The notes under the pieces were generated by a model. That model did no database searches and had not been told where the DNA came from. It was given only the letters and a program-made list of their open reading frames with translations. Shown here one piece after another: positions 31,647 through 41,005 of a stretch of 64,000 nt of DNA; positions within the stretch are counted from its first letter, which is position 1, and each line of letters begins with the position of its first letter. A program made the position numbers and the translations under genes. The stretch covers positions 160,001 through 224,000 of the forward strand of contig OY769902.1 of assembly GCA_963669175.1 (NCBI GenBank), read 5' to 3'. The stretch is from a bacterium (GTDB lineage Bacteria > Electryoneota > Electryoneia > Electryoneales > Electryoneaceae).

Positions 31647-31751
31647 ATCGAAATCGATCCACAATGCAGGTTTTGCGGGAACAGATGGGAATTATGTAAT
31701 AACTCGTCCAATTATGTAATGGAATGGACTTATTGCATAATTCACGAGAAG
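31647..31751 (+). repeat. 105 bp direct repeat A upstream of fic
   Basis: Ungapped match to 32917-33021 (16 mismatches by hand count); internal IR GAATTATGTAATAA/TTATTGCATAATTC. Confidence 0.85.
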
Positions 31752-31761
31752 ATAGTATACT
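31733..31761 (+). promoter_or_regulatory. Sigma70-type promoter of fic
   Basis: TTGCAT (31733-31738), 17 nt spacer, TATACT (31756-31761). Confidence 0.55.
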
Positions 31762-31852
31762 CTGACGTAAGGCTGTGTGATCTCCGGAAACAGGCGTTTC
31801 ACATCACCCTACATCGCTTAATATATAAGGAGTTACAAGGAGGCAACAGCAC

Positions 31853-32899
31853 ATGAAGTCCTTTCAATCCGGCTATCTGGAACAATTGACTTTTTCCCAA
31901 TCCATCCTGCAAACAGTCCGGGGAATTGGGGAATACACTGGCCGCGAACAGATGTACCAACGCCAGATGCCCCAGGAGCTGGAAAAGCTGCGCCAGGTTG
32001 CCATCATCCAAAGCACCGAATCGTCTAACCGTATTGAGGGAATTACTGCCCCACCCAGGCGTATTAAAGATATTGTTGCACAGAAGACACAACCGCAAGA
32101 CCGAAGCGAACAGGAAATCGCTGGCTATAGAGATGTCCTCTCTACAATTCATACCAACCATGAAAACATCCAGCTTCGCCCCAACATCATCCTGCAGTTC
32201 CACCGTGACCTGTACCAGTATGCTGGTGAAACCGGCGGTATGTGGAAATCTGTGGACAATGTCATATCAGAACGCGAACCAGACGGTCGAAAGGTGGTGC
32301 GGTTCCAACCTGTTCCGGCCTGGCAGACACCGGACGCGATGGATCAACTCCACCAGGGATTCACGGCGGTGTGGCATTCGGGTAATGTCGACACAATGAT
32401 CGTGGTCTCGGCCTTTGTGCTGGACTTTTTATGTATCCATCCGTTTCGCGATGGCAACGGCCGCATGGCTCGTTTGCTGACATTATTGCTGCTCTATCGT
32501 GCCGGGTTACACGTTGGCCGGTTTATCAGTCTGGAAAAATTGGTGGAAGACTCGCGGAGAAGCTACTACGATGCCCTCTATAAATCCTCCCAGGGTTGGC
32601 ATGAAGGCAAACATGACTTGATCCCCTGGACCGAGTACCTGCTTGGAATTATTCTACGGGCATACCGTGAACTGGAAACGCGCGTAGGGACGCTGACCGG
32701 CGGACGTGGTGCGAAGACTGATATGGTGCTGCGGGCCATCCAGGCGGCGCACGGTGAGTTCTCTGTGGCTGAGTTGGCAGAGAAGTGCCCCACAGTCAGT
32801 TTGGATATGATTCGACACATCCTTAGGCAGGAACGAGTCAAGGGCCTGGTAGAATGTACGGGCAGGGGGCAAGCTGCTCGCTGGAGGAAGATCATATAG
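31853..32899 (+). CDS. Fic family AMPylase with N-terminal inhibitory motif and probable C-terminal HTH
   Basis: HPFRDGNGRMAR catalytic motif; SNRIEG (S/T)xxxEG inhibitory motif; RBS AGGAGG. Confidence 0.92.
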   Translation: MKSFQSGYLEQLTFSQSILQTVRGIGEYTGREQMYQRQMPQELEKLRQVAIIQSTESSNRIEGITAPPRRIKDIVAQKTQPQDRSEQEIAGYRDVLSTIHTNHENIQLRPNIILQFHRDLYQYAGETGGMWKSVDNVISEREPDGRKVVRFQPVPAWQTPDAMDQLHQGFTAVWHSGNVDTMIVVSAFVLDFLCIHPFRDGNGRMARLLTLLLLYRAGLHVGRFISLEKLVEDSRRSYYDALYKSSQGWHEGKHDLIPWTEYLLGIILRAYRELETRVGTLTGGRGAKTDMVLRAIQAAHGEFSVAELAEKCPTVSLDMIRHILRQERVKGLVECTGRGQAARWRKII

Positions 32900-32916
32900 C
32901 TGGGGCAATTATGCCA

Positions 32917-33021
32917 ATCGAAATCGGTCCTCACTACAGGTTTTGCAGGATCAGGAGTGAATTATGTAACAACTCGTCCAATTGTGTAATGGAACGGCCT
33001 TGTTGCATAATTCCTGAGAAG
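32917..33021 (+). repeat. 105 bp direct repeat B downstream of fic
   Basis: Matches 31647-31751. Confidence 0.85.
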
Positions 33022-33236
33022 GTACGTAGTAGAAGTGCAAACACCTATAACCAAAGCTCACTACCACGTCATCCCGGAAACGCTGTCGTTTAGCGTTGTC
33101 CGGGATCTACTCCCTGGGACACTCTTTCTAGAACATGATATTGCATACCTATCTGTAGAACGGGTGTCCGATCCGCAAGTGACTATGCTTCCACCTTACC
33201 TGCACCAGAAATACTCTGTGAATACTTGACGAGAGC

Positions 33237-33351
33237 TCGTGTGGCCCGGCGTACTCGCACCCGGGCAGTTGTGCAGTGTCAGGCAGCTTACGGAGCAGAC
33301 CCCCGCGGCTGTGCTTCGCATTGCCCGGGTGCAAGCACGCCGGGCCACACG
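33237..33351. repeat. Inverted REP doublet (REPIN/BIME-like)
   Basis: REP starting at 33237 and an inverted copy TGCCCGGGTGCAAGCACGCCGGGCCACACG at 33322-33351. Confidence 0.8.
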
Positions 33352-33444
33352 GATTATCTCTATTCTCACTGTTTCCTGTTGATAAAAAAGAGGAACAAAC
33401 CGTATGGGTCCGTCCCTCTTTCAACATACTCTGCAATTCACAAG

Positions 33445-35625
33445 TTAAAACCGAATCTGCGTCTCCACAGTCATGAAGTGATACGGTTCCTTGTTCTGGT
33501 ACACTGTCTTCCGGTCGAACACCAGCAGCACACCCTGCCCCAGCTCCATGCCAAGCCTGTAACCGATAGTAGTCCCGTTGGATTTGGTCTCAAAGGGATT
33601 TTCCGCCTGGGGCACGTAATAGTACGCTTCCGCCAATCCCAGCTTGGGAATGGGGTCCGTATTGATGGCGCCCCGTGCAAAGATCGATTGAATGACCTCG
33701 GAACCGCTGTCGTAGTCGTAGGTCATGTTGGTGTAGGCGCCGTACACATCCACCATGTTCATGATCAGGAATCCCGCATCCGCGTAGAACCCGTTGGCAG
33801 AGGGAATCCCGGCCAGACGTGATTTTTTAGTCAGGTAGATTGGCTGGCCGCTGCTTTCATCCAGAGTCACACGTTCGGTCTCATAACTCATATCGAAAAA
33901 TTCCGGCAGAAACTCTTTTGTGAACATACGGTATTCCGCGCCCGCTCGGAACGGCCCCATGGTAAAAGCCAGACCTGGAACAGTAATACCACTACCATAG
34001 GCGCTGTCTGAATCGAGCAGTTGTGCGAACTGCCCGTATAGCCAGAGTTGCATCGCCTTGTTCCGCATGATCGGGATGCCTGCATCGAAACCTATCGCGG
34101 CAATGTCTCCACCATCCATATCGCCTATACGTGGCGGCAGATTATTGATATCCGGCAAATCGCCCCAGGAAATCAGTTGGTCGATCACCGCGGGATCATT
34201 GATTGCCTGCCTGATCTCCTGCGCATGAGCATGATCATCCTTGTCCGGGAACATGTCCAGACCATCAGCGACTCCATCCTCGTCCGTATCTTCAGCGCCA
34301 AGATATTCGTTCCCGTCAACAACACCCGTAACACCGAAAACAACCGGAATACCGAGGCTCATTTCTACCGTCAACCGATCCCCGACAAGTCCGGGTTCAT
34401 CGATCTCACTGAAGTCGTTCAGGATACCTTCCCAGCCAAACCTGCCTACATTCAGTTGGGAATGCAATCCGATCCGCCGACGTTGTGGCCATTCCAGCGC
34501 ATTGGTGTACCGTTTCATGATAAGCCCGTAGCCGAGGGTCACATTTTCGAGCGCACCCACACGAGCGTAGAAGGTCTCCCCCGGCTGACCATAACGGACA
34601 TAATAAATCTTGTCCAGCACATCGTTTACATCGTTGAAATCCCAGTCCTCATCACGGAAGTTGCCATCGGCGTCAAAATACATGGGCAGGTCGAACCCGA
34701 CCCCGAATTTCCAGAAGCACAATTCCGGACGCATGCTGATATACTGGTACATCTGCCCATTGATCACCGCTGCCCCGGCAGCGCCATTCATGGAGAATCC
34801 GAACCCATCGCAACTGCTGCCGCCGCTACCGAACATGCCTCCGCTGCCCTTTGAACTTGCGGGTTCCGGTTCGGCTGTTTCTTCCACTGGTGACGCTTCC
34901 GATGGCGGAGCGGTTGGTGCAGGTTGATCTATAGCTCCTTCCTCATTTTCCTCTTCCAAAGGTACTTCTTCCGGCTGTTCGCTTCGCCAATCGTATTCCG
35001 GCATATCTTCGGGCCAGGTCGGAAGCTCCATTCCCGGCGGGATGGGTTCAACCGTAAGGTTTCCCTGCGGAGTTGAGGTACCGTACTGACCGGCCGGAAC
35101 ATCCATGCTCATGCTGCTCATGACATTGGACAGTTCGACAGTACCTTCGGTCGTGATCACCATGGTTCCGCCGGCATTGTCAACCAGTGTCCAGAACTGG
35201 GTTCCCTTAATCGCGGCAACTGAGGTCGGTGTTGATATTTCGTATCTGCCCTTGGGTTGCTGGGCATAGGTAAACAGGTTTCCCAGTTCCAGGGTCACTT
35301 TTTTGGAAACGCTGAAGTCTTTTTCTTTCCTGAACTGGAGAACGACCAGCGAATTGGGCCTGATTTTAACCTGGGTGCCGTCATTGACCAGAACCAGTGC
35401 GACAAACCCTTCGGCCCCGGTACGGACCTGGTCGCTGTCACCAAGAATGGCGCCAAACTCGAGGGTTTTCCACTCACCCTGGCCATGACGGGTATGACAA
35501 TCCCCTTGTACGGTTATTGCAACTGCCTGAAGCTCGTTCGGTTCCTGGGCCTTGATCGTGGTTGGAAATAGTGCGAGAAGGAAAATGCCGATCAAAACGC
35601 ATATACACATGTTACGAAACATCAT
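33445..35625 (-). CDS. FecR-domain protein fused to a probable outer-membrane beta-barrel
   Basis: Signal peptide; DQVRTG, ISTPTSVAAIKGTQF, EGTVEL (FecR); acidic/Pro linker; DTDEDGVADGLDMFP (TSP3-like); ends ETQIRF. Confidence 0.78.
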   Translation of the reverse strand: MMFRNMCICVLIGIFLLALFPTTIKAQEPNELQAVAITVQGDCHTRHGQGEWKTLEFGAILGDSDQVRTGAEGFVALVLVNDGTQVKIRPNSLVVLQFRKEKDFSVSKKVTLELGNLFTYAQQPKGRYEISTPTSVAAIKGTQFWTLVDNAGGTMVITTEGTVELSNVMSSMSMDVPAGQYGTSTPQGNLTVEPIPPGMELPTWPEDMPEYDWRSEQPEEVPLEEENEEGAIDQPAPTAPPSEASPVEETAEPEPASSKGSGGMFGSGGSSCDGFGFSMNGAAGAAVINGQMYQYISMRPELCFWKFGVGFDLPMYFDADGNFRDEDWDFNDVNDVLDKIYYVRYGQPGETFYARVGALENVTLGYGLIMKRYTNALEWPQRRRIGLHSQLNVGRFGWEGILNDFSEIDEPGLVGDRLTVEMSLGIPVVFGVTGVVDGNEYLGAEDTDEDGVADGLDMFPDKDDHAHAQEIRQAINDPAVIDQLISWGDLPDINNLPPRIGDMDGGDIAAIGFDAGIPIMRNKAMQLWLYGQFAQLLDSDSAYGSGITVPGLAFTMGPFRAGAEYRMFTKEFLPEFFDMSYETERVTLDESSGQPIYLTKKSRLAGIPSANGFYADAGFLIMNMVDVYGAYTNMTYDYDSGSEVIQSIFARGAINTDPIPKLGLAEAYYYVPQAENPFETKSNGTTIGYRLGMELGQGVLLVFDRKTVYQNKEPYHFMTVETQIRF

Positions 35626-35783
35626 CACGGCCTCCGTGATGTTAGCACCCCTGGATAGCCCCCCAGCGGGGTGGAGTCGAAACTGTTGCATTCTATCCAT
35701 TCAAGAATAGAAATTTGTTCATATATAATTGTTGCCACAAGTCACAGCATGATCACGAATTGCTTTTACGAGGAGGTTTGGTT

Positions 35784-36197
35784 TTGGAAGATTCGCAGAG
35801 AAAACTATCGGTTGAAATCGCGATTCAACCGAAAACGTACGATATTGACATTGCAGATCATGTCAACAATATCGTTTACGTGCAATGGATGGAAGACCTG
35901 CGCTTTGCCTGGCTGGAAGCCTATTACCCCCTGAAACCCCTCATGGAAAAGGATATTGCCCCGGTTATCCTTGAAACGAAGATCCGTTATCATCGAGCCA
36001 TTGAGCTTTTCGATGAAGTCAAGGGAATGATTTGGGTCTCGGGAATGAAAGGCGTTCGCTCCACGCTGGAATTTGAATTCACCGCCAACGGCCAGGTCGC
36101 TGCAACCGGAACTCAATTGGCTGCTTGGATAGATATCCCCAGCGGCAAACCGGTACGCCTCCCGGAAGGGCTCAAAGCGCTCTGGGGCAGGGAATAG
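35784..36197 (+). CDS. Acyl-CoA thioesterase (4HBT/YbgC-like)
   Basis: YDIDIADHVNNIVYVQWMEDLR; RBS GAGGAGG before TTG 35784. Confidence 0.88.
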   Translation: MEDSQRKLSVEIAIQPKTYDIDIADHVNNIVYVQWMEDLRFAWLEAYYPLKPLMEKDIAPVILETKIRYHRAIELFDEVKGMIWVSGMKGVRSTLEFEFTANGQVAATGTQLAAWIDIPSGKPVRLPEGLKALWGRE

Positions 36198-36297
36198 TCA
36201 TATATTGAGTTGCGATTTTCTCGTGAAATGATTGTGTTGCGCGAAATGTTGCTCCTATTTTAGTGAAAATGATGCATACGAACGAGGGGATAGAATC

Positions 36298-38958
36298 ATG
36301 AGTACCTGGTTTGTCCGGAGTATCGGAATTCTGGCCGTTCTGCTTACCTGCACTGCCCTCTTTGCCACGCCCTATATTCCGGAAGAAATCCTTGATCAGC
36401 AGTACGAAGAACGGTTGCAGACTCAGCCTGACGGTCCGCAGGTACCACCGACACCTTTCCCGGAACGATCGCTTTTCGATGAACTGGACGAGTATGAAAA
36501 CGACTGGCTGCAATTGCTTGACTGGCAGATGGGAATGCAAGTATCTGATATCGGAGCCAACTTCGGCGGCCAGCGTGAAGGTGAGCAGGACTGGAACATC
36601 ATCCAGACCGACAACACCCAGGAAGTACTTCGCGATTGGGCACGTTATGGCTTCCTGACCGGAGATACAGCCACGTATTCCGAGTATATCCGGAACGCAT
36701 GGCAGTACTGCGAAGAATGGCCCGCCTGGGAAGAGGAAGGTGGTGGCAATCCAAACTATTACCGTGTGCATAATTCAGGATGGGGCTGTGTCGCGGCGAT
36801 GGAGTATTATCGCGCTTATGGTGACACAACCTGGCTCTGGTATGGCGATGCCTGCGCAGAATACCTGGACACCTACCGACTGACAGTAAATGTTACTACA
36901 ACAGGCACCAACCCTCTTTCAGCCGGTTTTGGCGCTGGCGCATTGTACCTGTACGGCTCATGGCGGGAAAACCAGGACTGGATGGATGCTGCACAGGAAA
37001 TCGCAGAAGATGTGCAGGCCTGGATCGAGTACAATCCTGACCGCTTAAACAATGCGGAATCATGGGCCATGTCCGGCGGAACCGCCATGTGGGGCGTGGT
37101 GACAGCGCTTTATACTGATGACCATGAAGCTGGCGCAGAGTGGATTCCCCAGTACACCGAATACATGGATCTCTATTCCGGGCCGGGAACCTGGAATAAT
37201 AGCTGGACTGTCTGGTATGCCCATGCCTGGAATGCAATTCATCGTGTGCTGGACGATGCGGAAAGCCTGGAGAACGTCATCTGGATAACCGACTGGCTGT
37301 TGTTGCAGGACGAACCGGACGATGATGGCGGCATCCCCGGGACGGAAGATCAATACAACAATGACCAGTCCTGGACCAGCGCCTATCTTGCCTGGTATAC
37401 CCTCGAATTACTGCTGGATGTCAGGCCGGATGCACAGGCATTGAATGTGACACATCCCGGCGTCGACTCGCTGTTAACCGGACAGCCGACCACACTCTAT
37501 GCTACCATCCGTAACGGCGGCATGGAGCCTCTGGATGGTGCACTGGTTTCTGTACAGATCGGTAATTATGCCGGCTTTGCCCTGATGGACCTTCCTCCTC
37601 TCACACATACAACCGCATCACTGACGCCAATGTGGATTCCGGATGAAATCGGTGAAACGGATATCCTGCTGACTGTCACTCATGCCAGCGATACAGTTTC
37701 CTTCAACGACTCGCTGGCGATCACCCAGGATGTCTATCCGGCCGCTTTTGTAAATGGGTATATCACATCCGGGGAGGATGAATCCCCCGTACAGGCCACT
37801 GTGCTCCTGTACAACGACCCGGAGATGGGCGGCCTTCACCAGGCAGCCAGAACAGATTCAACAGGTTTGTACAGCATTCGCCTTGCCAACTGCGAAGAAC
37901 ATATTCCCTTTGATCTTGAGGTATATCCGGAGGAAAGCCGGTTCGCAGCACAACAGTCCCTGAATCATACCTCAATGCCTTTAGGGCAGGAACGGGTTGA
38001 TATTGCCCTGGATACAGCGTCTGTGCTGCTGGTTCAGGAGGGTGACGGCAACATTTATGACAGCCCCATGTGTGAAACCCTGTTCTACCTGGGAGAAGCG
38101 TTTCATCCATGGGCGCCCTGGAGCGAACGTGGCTACCCGGATGAAGAAATGCTTTCCTTCCCGGTAACCATCTGGTCATGCGGGACCTATGAAACAGATA
38201 TTCTACCCGGTGAAGCACGTGTCGCTGTAGGGGATTATTTCGATGCCGGTGGAAGTCTACTGCTTCACGGAAGCGGGATACAAAACCTGTGGGGAGGTTT
38301 CTATTTCCTGCGAAACAGCTTCGGGGTTGATGCGGATTCAATGGATATTGGACGAGACGGTCTGAATTACAGGATGACAACAAGTGGTAGCTACGGAATT
38401 CTTGATGCCGGGTTTGCTTCGGTAGAAGGTGAAAGTATCGACGAAACTGTCCCGGTGAACGGTGGCATGGGCGTCATGGAACTGGATTCCTCCGGGATGT
38501 ATACGGCCGTGGCATTTGAATCCGCGGACCACCTGTACCGTACTATCCTCGCCGGTTTCGATGTTGACCGGATGTTTGATTATCATGGGACCGAGCTACC
38601 GGTTGAGCGTTCCACGTTTATAGAAGACGTCCTGACCTGGTTGCGTTGGGAAGTGGGCGTGTTTGATGATGATCCTGATGGGACAACGTCACTGCCTTCA
38701 GCATTTTCACTCAACGCCTATCCGAACCCGTTCAATCCTTCTCTCCAGGTGGAAATCGCATTACCGGAACAGGGTGTCTTGAAGGTTGACGTGTTTGATG
38801 TGCTTGGACGGCTGGTCTGCTCCTGGCATCCGGGGCAACTGCAAGCCGGTAATTATAGTTGGAGTTGGGATGCATCTGCATCGTCCAGTGGTGTATATTT
38901 CATCCGTGCTGCAGCCGGAAGACAGACAGCAACCCAGCGAGTGTTGCTGTTGAGATAA
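36298..38958 (+). CDS. Secreted protein with a Trp-rich alpha/alpha-barrel-like domain, Ig-like domains and a T9SS-like C-terminal domain
   Basis: Signal peptide from ATG 36298; C-terminal AYPNPFNP...SSGVYFI...QRVLLLR; the N-terminal fold is inferred. Confidence 0.8.
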   Translation: MSTWFVRSIGILAVLLTCTALFATPYIPEEILDQQYEERLQTQPDGPQVPPTPFPERSLFDELDEYENDWLQLLDWQMGMQVSDIGANFGGQREGEQDWNIIQTDNTQEVLRDWARYGFLTGDTATYSEYIRNAWQYCEEWPAWEEEGGGNPNYYRVHNSGWGCVAAMEYYRAYGDTTWLWYGDACAEYLDTYRLTVNVTTTGTNPLSAGFGAGALYLYGSWRENQDWMDAAQEIAEDVQAWIEYNPDRLNNAESWAMSGGTAMWGVVTALYTDDHEAGAEWIPQYTEYMDLYSGPGTWNNSWTVWYAHAWNAIHRVLDDAESLENVIWITDWLLLQDEPDDDGGIPGTEDQYNNDQSWTSAYLAWYTLELLLDVRPDAQALNVTHPGVDSLLTGQPTTLYATIRNGGMEPLDGALVSVQIGNYAGFALMDLPPLTHTTASLTPMWIPDEIGETDILLTVTHASDTVSFNDSLAITQDVYPAAFVNGYITSGEDESPVQATVLLYNDPEMGGLHQAARTDSTGLYSIRLANCEEHIPFDLEVYPEESRFAAQQSLNHTSMPLGQERVDIALDTASVLLVQEGDGNIYDSPMCETLFYLGEAFHPWAPWSERGYPDEEMLSFPVTIWSCGTYETDILPGEARVAVGDYFDAGGSLLLHGSGIQNLWGGFYFLRNSFGVDADSMDIGRDGLNYRMTTSGSYGILDAGFASVEGESIDETVPVNGGMGVMELDSSGMYTAVAFESADHLYRTILAGFDVDRMFDYHGTELPVERSTFIEDVLTWLRWEVGVFDDDPDGTTSLPSAFSLNAYPNPFNPSLQVEIALPEQGVLKVDVFDVLGRLVCSWHPGQLQAGNYSWSWDASASSSGVYFIRAAAGRQTATQRVLLLR

Positions 38959-38973
38959 ACGGGTGGAGGTCGG

Positions 38974-40626
38974 ATGACCTGGTTACCCTGGACGATATGT
39001 GTACTGTTAGCCATTGGTGTCGCTGTTGTATGGTTTATACAGCAACGGAAAATAAAGGCTCTTGAAGCGACCAGGGCGGAACTGGACCATGAGCTCCGTA
39101 TCCAGTCTGCCCACACGGAACAGATGGCCTGGCTCCGCGCGGTTGTCGAACAGATGGCCGAAGGGGTCATCGTTACCGATGGCGAGGGCTGCGTCGAATA
39201 CAGCAATGTCGGACTTGAACGGCTTGTCACTCCTTCACGTGAAGAGATCTGGGGCAAGTTCTTCCTCGAGGTATTCTCACCACGGCGACGTCGCGCGCTG
39301 GTTGAAGAGATGATGGGGACAGTGCGTGACGGCCAACCCTGGCGTGGACGTTTCCCGCATACCCGCCCTGATGGTGAAGCGATTGAGCTGGAAGCTTCCG
39401 TTATCCCGATTAAAAACGACTCCGGCAAAATCCTGCATTACCTGACTATCCTGTTTGACCTGACACATGAATCTCCGATGGGCGAACAGATGCGTCGCAG
39501 TCGAAGCCTTGAAGCGGCTGGTGTGGTAGCGACCGAGCTTGTACCATCGCTCAACAACGAGCTTTTCACCATGCTGGGACAGGCAGATGTGGCGCTGGCA
39601 CGTCTGGACGAGGAACACCCGGCGCGCAAACCGCAGGAATTGATCCTCGAGGCAGGACAACGTGCGCGTGACCTGGTGCGCCAGGTTGTCGCCTTCAGCC
39701 GTGAAGCGGAAGCGGAACGTGCTCCGATGGTTTTCCAGGATGTGGTGGAACAGACTCTGCGTATCCTGCTGAATGGTCTTCCGGACGCCATCGACTTGCA
39801 GAGTGACCTTGCAGCAACAAACCTGCAGGTAAAAACCTATCCAGCCCAGATCCACCAGTTGTTGTCCAACCTGTTTGCCAATTCCCAGGCTGCGTTGAAG
39901 AAAACCGGCGGCACTATCACGGTGCGGCTGAGACGTGTGCTATTGGAACAGCGAAGGTGCGAACTGGGATTGCGACCGGGTGACTATCTCTGTCTTACAG
40001 TTGAGGATAATGGTCCGGGCATCAGCGAAAAAGAACTGCTGAATGCGTTCGATCCCCTTTATGGCAGTGGGAATAAACGCAACAATCATGGCGGCATGGG
40101 TTTGACTGTCGTGAAGGGAATTGTCGAAAGCCACCGCGGGGGCATGGAGATTCAACCGCTTCCGGACAAAGGCACGGCGGTCCACCTGTATTTCCCGATC
40201 CTCCCCACAGGCGCTGTCAGCCAGGAAACAGAGGAGCCGCCGGAAGAAAGGCGCGGCCACGAACGTATCCTGGTGGTCGATGATGAGACCGCCGTGATGC
40301 AGGTGATCTGCGAAATGCTGCATAAGGGCGGTTACCAGACGGACGGTTTCATGGACAGCCAGCAGGCGCTCGCCAGCTTCCGTGAACGCCCGCGACATTA
40401 TGACATGATCATCACTGACTATATGATGCGACCACTTGATGGCGCTGCGTTCAGCCGTGAAGCGCTGGCTATTCGTTCCACTGTGCCTATCCTGATGATC
40501 ACAGCGTTCGGCCAGAACATCCGTAAGGATGAAATGACGACTATGGGGGTCAAGAAGGTACTGATGAAACCAGTTTTAACAGAGGATTTACTTGACGCGG
40601 TCGGCGGAATTTTGTCTGGGAATTGA
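38974..40626 (+). CDS. Membrane-anchored PAS hybrid kinase-like protein lacking the phosphoacceptor His
   Basis: TM, PAS, ELVPSLNN in place of [27 protein letters not shown]. Confidence 0.85.
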   Translation: MTWLPWTICVLLAIGVAVVWFIQQRKIKALEATRAELDHELRIQSAHTEQMAWLRAVVEQMAEGVIVTDGEGCVEYSNVGLERLVTPSREEIWGKFFLEVFSPRRRRALVEEMMGTVRDGQPWRGRFPHTRPDGEAIELEASVIPIKNDSGKILHYLTILFDLTHESPMGEQMRRSRSLEAAGVVATELVPSLNNELFTMLGQADVALARLDEEHPARKPQELILEAGQRARDLVRQVVAFSREAEAERAPMVFQDVVEQTLRILLNGLPDAIDLQSDLAATNLQVKTYPAQIHQLLSNLFANSQAALKKTGGTITVRLRRVLLEQRRCELGLRPGDYLCLTVEDNGPGISEKELLNAFDPLYGSGNKRNNHGGMGLTVVKGIVESHRGGMEIQPLPDKGTAVHLYFPILPTGAVSQETEEPPEERRGHERILVVDDETAVMQVICEMLHKGGYQTDGFMDSQQALASFRERPRHYDMIITDYMMRPLDGAAFSREALAIRSTVPILMITAFGQNIRKDEMTTMGVKKVLMKPVLTEDLLDAVGGILSGN

Positions 40627-40885
40627 TACCCGGCAATTTACTATTGGCCCCGCCGGCTTGAAACAAGCTGAAGCGAAGCGGAAGCGGTTGCCCTGCGGGG
40701 TTTATTATAAATGAGATTAAGAAGTTAATCCTCATTATCTGTACATCGTTTCCAGCCATCCCGACTTGCAAATACCGGCAACAAACATGCATCACTCTCG
40801 TTTATAGCCATTCCAGTTAGTAATCCACATTCATCACCAGCAAGTCGGCCATGTATTCAATCACATGTTTCAGCTTATATTACAA

Positions 40886-40921
40886 TAAAAAGCGACCCAT
40901 GACTATGTATCATGAGCCGCT
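40886..40921 (-). terminator. Terminator downstream of tRNA-Arg
   Basis: Minus strand reads AGCGGCTCATGA-TACATAG-TCATGGGTCGCT-TTTT. Confidence 0.7.
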
Positions 40922-40928
40922 ATTTTTG

Positions 40929-41005
40929 TGGTACCCGCGTCGGGATTCGAACCCAAGGCCTTCTGCTCCGGAGGCAGACGCTCTATCCAACTGAGCTACG
41001 CGGGC
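40929..41005 (-). tRNA. tRNA-Arg (CCG)
   Basis: GCCCGCGTAGCTCAGTTGGATAGAGCG-TCTGC-CTCCGGA-GCAGA...GGTTCGAATCC...CGCGGGTACCA cloverleaf with encoded CCA. Confidence 0.97.

Noticed and set aside
31679-31743. Chromosomal dif (XerCD) site
   Set aside because: Arm-like sequences are present but not in the 11-6-11 XerC-spacer-XerD arrangement.
40627-41005. Integrative element at tRNA-Arg
   Set aside because: I saw no integrase and no duplicated tRNA 3' end in the window.
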